A DNA stretch of 52,545 nucleotides from a virus (lineage: Duplodnaviria > Caudoviricetes): the IMG/VR virus record IMGVR_UViG_3300036715_003055, positions 1 to 52,545 of that record, one strand, 5' to 3'. The notes under the pieces were generated by a model. The model searched no databases and was not told the DNA's origin. It saw only the letters and a program-made list of their open reading frames with translations. The position numbers were made by a program, and so were the translations under genes. Shown here one piece after another: positions 38,208 to 46,644 of the stretch (its first letter is position 1; the number at the start of each line of letters is the position of its first letter).

Positions 38208-39755
38208 TCAGTGAATTAATAATGAACTTCCATTTAACAAATCCAAAGATATAATTGCATACAAAAGACTATGGAAAAAATCATCAGGACCAATATTTAC
38301 ATATTTAGTTCTTCCCATTTCTTCGTCATATTCAGCTTGTATGTTTAATATATCATCAGCAAATGGTTTAAAATATTCCCACCTTGGAAATTCCACTTTA
38401 CCTTTTCTGATTGCATCAAATAAAGCTTGCATCATTTTAGTTCTGCTTAATGTAAAAGCAGGTAATTTTTCATTCCATTTAACATTTTCTTTTTGGTTCT
38501 GTTCGTGCTGGAAAGCAACAACTTTATTGTAACCAATTCTAGAACGAATTTCAGCATTAGATGCCTCACCCATTCCATAGTCAGCTGCTAAATGACTGCA
38601 GTTCCAAACTTTCATTAATCTTGGTATTTCTTTATGTATAAAAGCAAAATCAGCTTCTTTACCTAAAAATTTTTTAGCATATACTACTACATACCTATCC
38701 GGTCTTCGTTGAACTATACATATAACGGTATTTGAATTTTCAGAATTTGACGGTCCATAGTCTACTCCCATAATTGATTTATAAGAAGCATCTAATGCAT
38801 CTGGTTCTAAAGGAATAATTCTATCTACATTACAAGAAGCTTGTAATTCCATTTCTGTAATTGGTGATACACCCTCATCGTAGGGTAAAGCTAAAACGTC
38901 ATTATAAAATAATGCTCTTGAAGTTGTTTGTTTTTTAACTAAAATATCATCATGCCAATTAACCCAAGGAGCTTTAGCAAAATGTAATGCACAAACTCTA
39001 TAACCTTCCATTAACGGTGCTTGTGTTTGGGAATAGGTAGAAACCCATTGGCCATTTTTTAAGTTTGGTTCTTTTCCACAATTTTTACAAATAACCCCAT
39101 TTAACCCAATATTACCTTCATCTAATATATTCCACTTTCCGCAATGATCACATTTAATAATATATTCATTTTGAGATGAAGCACGCCATAAATCTGCTAA
39201 TGTACCTTTTGATCTTTTTGGAGTTCCCGAATACATAGTTATTTTATATAAAGATCTAGACATTGTTTCTCTAACAACTGGAATTATATCTTTTTTTAAA
39301 TCCTGCGCCTCATCAAATATATTCATATCAGCACTATACCCACGAATTTTATCAGCATTTAATAATGCATATCTTATATACATTCTGCTTCCATTTGATA
39401 GTTGTTTCATATGAACATTTTGCACTAATGAATTATGCAAAAAATATTCTTTAATAAGAGGTGAGCCCTCTAATACAGGATTTACACGATCATGAGAAAA
39501 TACTTTAGATTGATCAACAGTAGGTGCAATATAAAGAGTTTTAAAATGTGGTATCATTGCTGAATTAGCAATCATCATCATAGCCATTGTTGTTGATTTA
39601 GCCGTTTGTCTTGAAAATTGCAATACAATATTTTTAGCATTTGAATCAAATATTTTTACCATGTGAGGATAATCAACTAAAGAAAAAGGTTCTCCATTCA
39701 AATATAAAAATGCCTGAGCAAATTGACTTCTTGTTAAATCAAATGTTTTTTTCAT
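38208..39755 (-). CDS. Terminase large subunit (GpA-like)
   Basis: SRQTAKST (Walker A), IRGYSAD..IFDEAQD (Walker B), SGTP, Zn finger, GVDYG and PDDFFH nuclease motifs. Confidence 0.9.
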   Translation of the reverse strand: MKKTFDLTRSQFAQAFLYLNGEPFSLVDYPHMVKIFDSNAKNIVLQFSRQTAKSTTMAMMMIANSAMIPHFKTLYIAPTVDQSKVFSHDRVNPVLEGSPLIKEYFLHNSLVQNVHMKQLSNGSRMYIRYALLNADKIRGYSADMNIFDEAQDLKKDIIPVVRETMSRSLYKITMYSGTPKRSKGTLADLWRASSQNEYIIKCDHCGKWNILDEGNIGLNGVICKNCGKEPNLKNGQWVSTYSQTQAPLMEGYRVCALHFAKAPWVNWHDDILVKKQTTSRALFYNDVLALPYDEGVSPITEMELQASCNVDRIIPLEPDALDASYKSIMGVDYGPSNSENSNTVICIVQRRPDRYVVVYAKKFLGKEADFAFIHKEIPRLMKVWNCSHLAADYGMGEASNAEIRSRIGYNKVVAFQHEQNQKENVKWNEKLPAFTLSRTKMMQALFDAIRKGKVEFPRWEYFKPFADDILNIQAEYDEEMGRTKYVNIGPDDFFHSLLYAIISLDLLNGSSLLIH

Positions 39756-39761
39756 ACAATG

Positions 39762-39968
39762 CTATTTTTTCTTTTTATTTTTTTGTCGATGTTTTATATC
39801 AGATGGTTTTGAATAAAATTGCTTCTCTTTATATATATCTAATATTTCATATTTTTCTACTTTTTTCTTAAATCTTCTAATAGCTTCATCTATTTTAGAT
39901 GGATTAGTAAGATATATAGCTAAATTAGCTACCTTTTTAGTTTGTGTGTTAGAATGTTGTGTTTTCAT
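39762..39968 (-). CDS. rpsU: Phage-encoded ribosomal protein bS21
   Basis: IDEAIRRFKKKV...IL...KEKQFYSKPS matches the bS21 signature. Start uncertain (39968 or 39986). Confidence 0.85.
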   Translation of the reverse strand: MKTQHSNTQTKKVANLAIYLTNPSKIDEAIRRFKKKVEKYEILDIYKEKQFYSKPSDIKHRQKNKKKK

Positions 39969-40809
39969 AAATACCTGGATGTGCATCGCTTATAGATGGC
40001 TTAGGGATTAAGTTTAATTCTTTTATGTATTCAAAAAAATCAGAATATTCAGACCCTTCGAGAGTTTTAAAAATTATATTTCTCCAATCTGTTCTAGGAA
40101 TTCCCCACCCTAGATCATATTCTAATTTTCTAGCCTGGTCAATATCGCGTACAAACATGTACACTTTAAATAAAGCTTCTTGTTCTAATGTTTTTAAATT
40201 TTCTAATTTTGTATTGTAGTAATCTTTATTTAATTCCCATAAATTAGAAGTTCTCTTATCTTCTAAAAATTTTTCATAATCTTCTCTTAATTTTACTTTT
40301 TTGTGATATTCATTTGTGAGCCTTATAAATTCATCAAGCATTACTTTTGCAGTATATAATTCTAACCTAAAAAATTCAGTTGGAGGAACATGGAATAAAG
40401 TTTTTGGTTTTGCTAACCATACATCATGTAATAAATCATAGGCGCCAAAGACTACATCTTGCCAACTAGTGGATAAATCTTCTGGAATTGCTTGTAAAAA
40501 TAAATTAACCGGATGTTTTGTTCCGGGGGCAAGAGCACCATTCATTTCTTTTCTTTTTTGATTTAGTTCATCAGTTAATTTCCAATCCGGAATTCTTACA
40601 TTAACATCTATGTCACTATCAAATGACCATTGATAACCAACACTTGTGCCAATCATTACCAATTCAGAAAAATCATGCCCGAGTAATTTAATAGCCTGTT
40701 GTATTATAAATTTTTTTATGTGAGGATAAACATGCCCATCTGGATCCCATATATCTGGACATAGAATTTTTTTAACTGGAGCTAATACACTTGCATATTT
40801 ATTTTTCAA
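39949..40809 (-). CDS. Pol-beta-superfamily nucleotidyltransferase-like protein
   Basis: IGTSVGYQW..DSDIDVNV (G[S/T]...DxD), HPVNLF, AYDL...W. Confidence 0.7.
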   Translation of the reverse strand: MKNKYASVLAPVKKILCPDIWDPDGHVYPHIKKFIIQQAIKLLGHDFSELVMIGTSVGYQWSFDSDIDVNVRIPDWKLTDELNQKRKEMNGALAPGTKHPVNLFLQAIPEDLSTSWQDVVFGAYDLLHDVWLAKPKTLFHVPPTEFFRLELYTAKVMLDEFIRLTNEYHKKVKLREDYEKFLEDKRTSNLWELNKDYYNTKLENLKTLEQEALFKVYMFVRDIDQARKLEYDLGWGIPRTDWRNIIFKTLEGSEYSDFFEYIKELNLIPKPSISDAHPGIYENTTF

Positions 40810-41722
40810 ATGCTATTTCCCCATCTTTTAACAAATCATCTAAATGTAAAGGTTTTTCTTCTATTTGTTTTGGTGCCTCAGCTTCAGAAATCAATGGAAT
40901 TCCTAAGCCATTTTTTATTTCATCAGAAGTATTTTTTAGTAGTTTACCTTTTAATGAAAATTCTATTTCTTCCAAAATAGATTTCTTCTCTTCTTTAGAG
41001 TCATTTAATTTTTCTAATCTATCTACTATACGTAAAGCTAACGCACCCCATTTTTGTGCTTCTTCTGGTATTGCCTTCATTTTCTCTTTGAAGTTGTAGT
41101 AACAATCTGACCCCATTTCTCTTAACATAGCATCAAATGATTTTTCTGGTGAAATCCCAAGTTTCCATATCAAATAATCTTTATCACCTTCTAATGCAAG
41201 ATCATAATATCGTTTCAATCTATTATCAGTTACCAATTTAACATAATCTCTTTTTTCTGAAATAGTCCAATCATCCACATTAAAAAAGTAATGTAAAAAT
41301 TCTTTAATATCTTCCGGCCCATAATGAATATTGTATTTAGCATTAACAATAAGCTCAATATCTTCTTCTGTTACAGAAGCTAAAGCTAGTGAACTCATAG
41401 TCTGATACATATTAAAATCTTTTAATATTTCAAATGCTCCTGGTATTCCTATAGTGCCTTCTGGTATCTCTAGTTTCATCAAGTAAGCTACCATTTTTTT
41501 AACACCAATTTTATCTAACCACTCAGGATCAGGTAATGCTGTTGGTTCTTTAAAATATTCTGGGTGACTATTCCAAAATACACTACATACATGTAATATA
41601 TCTTCTTTTTGAAATAAAGATGACATTGCTACATCTAGTTCTTTTACGATTTGAAAAATTTCTTCGTAAGATCTACGAGCAACAACTAAAGATTCTATGT
41701 ATTTTATAAATGGTACTCTCAT
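40799..41722 (-). CDS. Hypothetical protein (possible terminase small subunit)
   Basis: 307 aa helical protein a few genes upstream of TerL; function from position only. Confidence 0.45.
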   Translation of the reverse strand: MRVPFIKYIESLVVARRSYEEIFQIVKELDVAMSSLFQKEDILHVCSVFWNSHPEYFKEPTALPDPEWLDKIGVKKMVAYLMKLEIPEGTIGIPGAFEILKDFNMYQTMSSLALASVTEEDIELIVNAKYNIHYGPEDIKEFLHYFFNVDDWTISEKRDYVKLVTDNRLKRYYDLALEGDKDYLIWKLGISPEKSFDAMLREMGSDCYYNFKEKMKAIPEEAQKWGALALRIVDRLEKLNDSKEEKKSILEEIEFSLKGKLLKNTSDEIKNGLGIPLISEAEAPKQIEEKPLHLDDLLKDGEIAFEK

Positions 41723-41724
41723 AG

Positions 41725-41967
41725 TTATTTACTAAAATTTTTACTAATTTCTATTAATCTATTTTTATCTAAAGATAATTTATCTAACCATTTAGCAAAT
41801 TTTAACATAATTGCCTGGTCGTTATTAAAAAAGGTTCTTACTTTTTCTTCTAAATCAGCAAATGATTTAACATCTTCACTTGCTATTTTTGTAAAAGCAC
41901 GATCAAAATCATTATCAACTAAATCATTTTGATCTTCATATTTTTTTATATCTTGAAAAATTTCCAT
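41725..41967 (-). CDS. Hypothetical protein
   Basis: 80 aa, contains AFTKIAS. Confidence 0.6.
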   Translation of the reverse strand: MEIFQDIKKYEDQNDLVDNDFDRAFTKIASEDVKSFADLEEKVRTFFNNDQAIMLKFAKWLDKLSLDKNRLIEISKNFSK

Positions 41968-42215
41968 TAGTTATCATCTCCTTCATTATAATATTGTTCT
42001 AAATAAAACCTAATAACTTCAATATCAGGTTTCTTATTAAATCTAGCTAGTTCTTTTAATATATTATCTTTAACTCCATATACTATAACTGGTTCAGTTT
42101 CGTAACCATTAACATACTCAACAGTCATTCCGAACTCATCATCAGCTACTTCTTTAATTAAGTCTGCTATTTCATTATCTTCTGGAGTTCCAGATGATTG
42201 TACTAAAATATACAT
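41967..42215 (-). CDS. Hypothetical protein
   Basis: 82 aa, TAATG-coupled to the next gene. Confidence 0.6.
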   Translation of the reverse strand: MYILVQSSGTPEDNEIADLIKEVADDEFGMTVEYVNGYETEPVIVYGVKDNILKELARFNKKPDIEVIRFYLEQYYNEGDDN

Positions 42216-42216
42216 A

Positions 42217-42543
42217 TTATACCTTTTTAGTTTTTTTAGATTTATTTTTATTATCTAAAGATATATTATTTGGTTTTTCTGTAGTTGCCTCACTAGCTTT
42301 TGAATCTTCTTCATTTGTAGATTCTTGTTGAAACAAAACCGTAGAATTTTCTACATCCTCCTCTGAAGAAATGTTAGTTAATTCTGGTTCTTCATTTACA
42401 GTTGTTAATTCTTCATTTACAGGAGTAGATATGTCCGTAGTATCTTCAACAATAGAGGGAGACTGTGTTGGTTGTGTTGGTTGTGTTTGTTCTTCTTTTT
42501 CCCTCAATTCTTTTAGTAATTGAAAATATCTGTCGTATGCCAT
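42217..42543 (-). CDS. Hypothetical low-complexity acidic protein with basic tail
   Basis: 108 aa, E/T/S-rich. Confidence 0.6.
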   Translation of the reverse strand: MAYDRYFQLLKELREKEEQTQPTQPTQSPSIVEDTTDISTPVNEELTTVNEEPELTNISSEEDVENSTVLFQQESTNEEDSKASEATTEKPNNISLDNKNKSKKTKKV

Positions 42544-42575
42544 TTTTATCTCATAATGTTTTATTAATATATTAT

Positions 42576-42604
42576 AATGTAAACTTTTTAATATAAAATG
42601 TCAA
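42576..42604 (-). promoter_or_regulatory. sigma70-like promoter for the packaging operon
   Basis: TTGACA-N17-TACATT. Confidence 0.55.
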
Positions 42605-42617
42605 GTTTTTTCAATTA

Positions 42618-42632
42618 TTGGTATAAGAAATA
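42618..42632 (+). promoter_or_regulatory. TTGGTATA(A/G)GAA motif, copy 2
   Basis: TTGGTATAAGAAATA upstream of the lone + strand gene at 42666. Confidence 0.55.
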
Positions 42633-42665
42633 TAAGTAATTATATTAACCTAAAAAGGAGACACT

Positions 42666-43181
42666 ATGAAATTTATTTGCTTTAACGGTTCTACTTTTAC
42701 TTCAGATCACTCAGAAATTGAAGTGATAACCCCAGTTTTTATTTATCTTAAAAAAGATAATGTACTTGTAAATTATAGAACTACAAGCCATGACTATGAT
42801 TTTAATTGCCAATTGCCAGGCAATAATATTGGGCAGTATTTAATTACAAACAATCTAGTTATACCGGATACAACACAATTAGAACTTGGATTAAATTTTG
42901 CTGGGTTTAAAGCTATTACTTCTGGTACTAATTTTGAACAATTAAAAATAGGTATGGAAGAAATAGAAAGATTAGTTCCTATAAATAAAAATAATTTTTT
43001 AGGAAAGTTTTTAACCAACTTAAATCCTAGTATTTCGATGGGAAAGACAACCAACATTACCCCAACATTAGTTGGCAGTGCTACAACATTAAGTCCTTCG
43101 TTTTTAACAGGCGACTTTTCCTTTTCAAATGGAAAAGTAAAGTATGTAAGATATGATTGGTTAGATTATATCAAATTATGA
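42666..43181 (+). CDS. Hypothetical protein
   Basis: 171 aa, SD AAGGAG. Confidence 0.7.
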   Translation: MKFICFNGSTFTSDHSEIEVITPVFIYLKKDNVLVNYRTTSHDYDFNCQLPGNNIGQYLITNNLVIPDTTQLELGLNFAGFKAITSGTNFEQLKIGMEEIERLVPINKNNFLGKFLTNLNPSISMGKTTNITPTLVGSATTLSPSFLTGDFSFSNGKVKYVRYDWLDYIKL

Positions 43182-43784
43182 ATTTTGTGATAAATTATTA
43201 TTAGAAAATGCAGAAGTACCAACTAATCCGGCTATTTCTTTTGCTATATTTGATTTTTTAAAATTCTTTAAATTTGGAGTGTCATATACCTCCAAACCTG
43301 ATTTATTTTGCGACCCTTTTCGTCTTGATAATAAAGCTTTTAATAATTCTCTATCTTGATTTTCAGCTCTTAATAACATTCTAGATGTATCAATTTTTTT
43401 ATCATCAGAAATTTTCATTGCAGCCCCTATACCGCCGGCAGCTAATCCGACACCAGTAATAACTGCCGGTTTATATTTTTGTAATAATGGGTGCAACAAA
43501 TTTTTAGCTTCTAATCCTCTTACAGCTAAATGTGCCAACGCTGACCCTATGGCCGCTGGGTATATAGTGGTTACTAGCCATTTTGATTTTGGTTCGTAAG
43601 CTTTCTCATTAACATATTTTTTATATAAAGGCAAAGCCATTTCAACTGGAAGATTTTGATCATAAACTCCATCTGGCAATCCTAATCCAGTTATTTTTGC
43701 TGTTTTTAAAATTTCTTTATTATTAGACATAGCTCTAATAACTGCTTTTGACAAACTGTTATCAAAATCTTTTAAGTTATGCAT
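43176..43784 (-). CDS. Putative internal head/membrane-interacting protein
   Basis: ILKTAK leader; two Gly/Ala hydrophobic segments. Confidence 0.55.
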   Translation of the reverse strand: MHNLKDFDNSLSKAVIRAMSNNKEILKTAKITGLGLPDGVYDQNLPVEMALPLYKKYVNEKAYEPKSKWLVTTIYPAAIGSALAHLAVRGLEAKNLLHPLLQKYKPAVITGVGLAAGGIGAAMKISDDKKIDTSRMLLRAENQDRELLKALLSRRKGSQNKSGLEVYDTPNLKNFKKSNIAKEIAGLVGTSAFSNNNLSQNS

Positions 43785-43796
43785 TAGCTTATATCC

Positions 43797-44162
43797 TTAA
43801 TTTTGTATAGAAGGTGAAGTTTTTGATTTATCATCTTCAGTAGTTACTTTAGCTGTAGGTTTATTTTTAGATAATAAACCGCCAATTGAGCCTATATCCC
43901 AATTAGTGATAAGTTTTTCACTAACTTTTCCACCTATGGCTACTACACCAAATAATAATTTAGTCGTTGTAAAATCCCAAACAACTCTAAGTACAATAAG
44001 GGTCCAATAAGCATCAAAACATAATGTAAATATAACCATGAAGGTAACTAACCTTCCCATAGAGAACATTTTTGTTTTGTCATCTTTAAAAAAATCTGCG
44101 GTGTCCCCTAGATTTTTAATAAAATTATTTGTAGATTCCAATATAGTTTTAAATAAATTCAT
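43797..44162 (-). CDS. Small two-TM membrane protein (holin-like)
   Basis: FSMGRLVTFMVIFTLCF and LLFGVVAIGG segments, charged C-tail. Confidence 0.5.
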   Translation of the reverse strand: MNLFKTILESTNNFIKNLGDTADFFKDDKTKMFSMGRLVTFMVIFTLCFDAYWTLIVLRVVWDFTTTKLLFGVVAIGGKVSEKLITNWDIGSIGGLLSKNKPTAKVTTEDDKSKTSPSIQN

Positions 44163-44167
44163 GATTA

Positions 44168-44196
44168 AATTTAAATAATAATTTAATAATAGTCAA
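44168..44196 (-). promoter_or_regulatory. sigma70-like promoter, probably leaderless
   Basis: TTGACT-N17-TAAATT-N5-ATG(44162); no SD. Confidence 0.55.
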
Positions 44197-44211
44197 TACT
44201 AAAGGTATTAT

Positions 44212-44418
44212 ATGTTTTTAGTTAAAATAATACATCTCCATGCTTTACTTGATGTAAAAAATGGACCTGCCGTTGAAGATGTTGAATTTGACAATATGGC
44301 AAAATTAATGGCGACATTTATGTCTATTGATGGAGTATCAATATCTAAAGATACTATTTTTAAAAATAGAATACCAGTGGCAAAAATATTTACCACTGGC
44401 CCAATAGAAGAAGATTAA
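44212..44418 (+). CDS. Hypothetical protein
   Basis: 68 aa, SD AAGG, fills the gap between - strand genes. Confidence 0.5.
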   Translation: MFLVKIIHLHALLDVKNGPAVEDVEFDNMAKLMATFMSIDGVSISKDTIFKNRIPVAKIFTTGPIEED

Positions 44419-45714
44419 TTATAAAATATTAGCAGCTAGTTCTGCTAATTTAGAACGTTCGCTTTTTTCTAGATTAATATGGGAAAAAATTTCTTGTCCT
44501 TTCATTTTATGAATTAAATAAGTTAATCCATTTGATCTAGAATCTAAATAAGGAGAATCAATTTGATAAATATCACCAGTAAATACAATTTTTGTTCCTT
44601 GTCCAGCTCTAGTAATTATTGTTTTTACCTCGTGAGGAGTTAAGTTTTGTGCTTCATCAATAATAAAAAATACACGTGGGATAGAACGCCCACGTATGAA
44701 AGGTAAAGGTGTAATTTCAATTTTCTTTTGTTCGTTCATTTGTTCAAATAATTTATCATTATTAAATTCACCTTTTATTACTTTTAAATTATCATATAAG
44801 GGTTGCATATATGGATCTATTTTTTCGTTTGTATCACCAGGTAAAAAACCAATTTCTTTATTACTTAAAGGTATTATTGGTCTCGCTAACAATATTTGGT
44901 TATAAAGTTTACGCTGATGTATCGCTGCAGCAAGGCTTAATATTGTTTTTCCTGAACCTGGTGTACCGGTAAGAGTTACTAATGAACAGTTAGGATTTAA
45001 TAAAGCATCTAAAGCAAAAAACTGTTCCAAGTTTCTGCTTTTTAAACCAGCTGTCATTTCTTCTCTTACTTTCTCAAATAAATTAGTTAATGGATTATAT
45101 CTTACCATAGCTGTTTGTTTTCCGTTTCGTAATAAAAAATATTCATTACTAATTGGAGTATCTATTATTTTTGATAAATCTACTCCATCGGGATATTTAT
45201 AAACGAGATCGATTACTTCTCCTGGTAAGTTAGATATAATTCTATATCCTTTATACAACTCATTAACATTTTTGACTTTTCCAGTTTCATAATCTTGAGC
45301 ACAAATACCTAATGCTTTAGCTTTCATTCGTAAATTAATATCTTTTGTAACTAATATATAATTTGCATCAGCCTGTTTTGTTTTATTATAGGCAAAGTTT
45401 AAAATTATATTATCATTCACAGAGGAGTCAAGGACTTCTAAAGCAGCAGGCTTATTAAAACCATTTACAGCAATAGATAAACAACCTAAACCATTTCCTA
45501 AAGAAACATCTTTGGTAGGGGAATTTTCAAATAACAAATCTAAATCACGTATAAAATTACGTGCATTTATATTTATTACATCATTCCCCTTTTTAAATTT
45601 ATCTAATTCTTCAAGAACTGTAATTGGGATAATAATATCGTTATCTTGAAAATTGTATATTGAATTACAATCATACAAAATAACGTTTGTGTCTAAAATG
45701 AATATTTTTTTCAT
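44419..45714 (-). CDS. phoH: PIN-PhoH protein (PhoH2/YlaK type)
   Basis: PIN domain LDTNV...EELD...ND...TKD; PhoH domain GTPGSGKT, IGFLPG, RGRS, IIDEAQN, GD..QID. Confidence 0.92.
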   Translation of the reverse strand: MKKIFILDTNVILYDCNSIYNFQDNDIIIPITVLEELDKFKKGNDVININARNFIRDLDLLFENSPTKDVSLGNGLGCLSIAVNGFNKPAALEVLDSSVNDNIILNFAYNKTKQADANYILVTKDINLRMKAKALGICAQDYETGKVKNVNELYKGYRIISNLPGEVIDLVYKYPDGVDLSKIIDTPISNEYFLLRNGKQTAMVRYNPLTNLFEKVREEMTAGLKSRNLEQFFALDALLNPNCSLVTLTGTPGSGKTILSLAAAIHQRKLYNQILLARPIIPLSNKEIGFLPGDTNEKIDPYMQPLYDNLKVIKGEFNNDKLFEQMNEQKKIEITPLPFIRGRSIPRVFFIIDEAQNLTPHEVKTIITRAGQGTKIVFTGDIYQIDSPYLDSRSNGLTYLIHKMKGQEIFSHINLEKSERSKLAELAANIL

Positions 45715-45743
45715 AAGTTATCCTCATATTAATTGGTAATTTA

Positions 45744-45772
45744 AGTATAACCTGAAAAAAATTAATTGACAA
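45744..45772 (-). promoter_or_regulatory. sigma70-like promoter for phoH
   Basis: TTGTCA-N17-TATACT. Confidence 0.55.
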
Positions 45773-45828
45773 TCTTTACTTTTAAAAAGTAAAAATTTAT
45801 TTTTAGGCACAAAAAAAATTAAGAGTTA

Positions 45829-45990
45829 TTAATATAATAATCTGCGAATGCGGGTTGGTGGTTTATTTGCCAGTTCTCTTAATTTCCTTGCCAATGCAAA
45901 TACTTCTGCAAATGTGTATCTTTGCATCGGTGTAGGTTGCGCAACTTTTATTAACGCATTTTTGAATCCAATTAAAGTATTTATCGTCAT
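45829..45990 (-). CDS. Small basic protein with K-x-A leader (53 aa)
   Basis: Not in track. MTINTLIGFKNALIKVAQPTPMQRYTFAEVFALARKLRELANKPPTRIRRLLY; has its own promoter. Confidence 0.6.
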   Translation of the reverse strand: MTINTLIGFKNALIKVAQPTPMQRYTFAEVFALARKLRELANKPPTRIRRLLY

Positions 45991-46024
45991 AATATTTATA
46001 TGTTTTAAAATAATAGTCTAATAC

Positions 46025-46053
46025 AATATAACCTTTAACTCAAAAAATGTCAA
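46025..46053 (-). promoter_or_regulatory. sigma70-like promoter
   Basis: TTGACA-N17-TATATT. Confidence 0.6.
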
Positions 46054-46060
46054 GGTAAAA

Positions 46061-46447
46061 ATGAATACTACAAAAAATCCTTTTAATATTAAACAAGTTG
46101 GTTTTGGTGAGTTTTATTATGGAACAAACGAAACACGATTAATAGCACCAAGTTATGCTTCTATTCCTAAAGAATTTAAAGTACAAACAAATATGACTAA
46201 ATGGAGAATAGCAAGTATAGTTTGGTTTAGATATGGCTTGCACAAAGATTCAAGATTGATACCAAAAAAAGGTATTGACAAAGAAGCAGCAATAAAACAT
46301 ATACAATGTTTGTTAAATTGTTATTTTATAAATTTGCAGCATAAGATAGCTGCAGCAGCTTATCTATTATCGTTATGGTTCGAAGATGTTTATATGATAG
46401 GATTACAGCAATTTACTTTAGATACTTTAGATACTTTAAATAAATAA
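46061..46447 (+). CDS. Hypothetical phage protein
   Basis: 128 aa, SD AAGG. Confidence 0.65.
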   Translation: MNTTKNPFNIKQVGFGEFYYGTNETRLIAPSYASIPKEFKVQTNMTKWRIASIVWFRYGLHKDSRLIPKKGIDKEAAIKHIQCLLNCYFINLQHKIAAAAYLLSLWFEDVYMIGLQQFTLDTLDTLNK

Positions 46448-46456
46448 AATTAAATA

Positions 46457-46470
46457 TTGGTATAAGAATA
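46457..46470 (+). promoter_or_regulatory. TTGGTATA(A/G)GAA motif, copy 3
   Basis: TTGGTATAAGAATA. Confidence 0.55.
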
Positions 46471-46489
46471 ATATAAGAAGGTATGGTTT

Positions 46490-46622
46490 GATTACGTTTT
46501 TTGTCTCGCCCCTTTAGGGGGTAAGACGTGATTTTTATGTTAGTTAGGGCCTCTGTCGAATATGGGTATTACAATCGTAGTTAGGGCGATTGCATTGAGG
46601 TAATCGACAGAGGTTATTTTTA
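46490..46622 (+). ncRNA. Structured intergenic RNA/leader
   Basis: GC-rich relative to surroundings. CCTCTGTCGA (46550-59) pairs with TCGACAGAGG (46604-13); inner CAATCG/CGATTG; TAGTTAGGGC occurs twice. Confidence 0.5.
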
Positions 46623-46644
46623 ATTTAAAAATTAATGGAGCAAT

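Noticed and set aside
41967-42215. Thioredoxin/glutaredoxin
   Set aside because: The secondary-structure pattern is suggestive but there is no CxxC; left as hypothetical.
46541-46613. Pistol ribozyme (UUAGGGC loop)
   Set aside because: The complementary downstream GCCCUAA pseudoknot strand and conserved core are absent.
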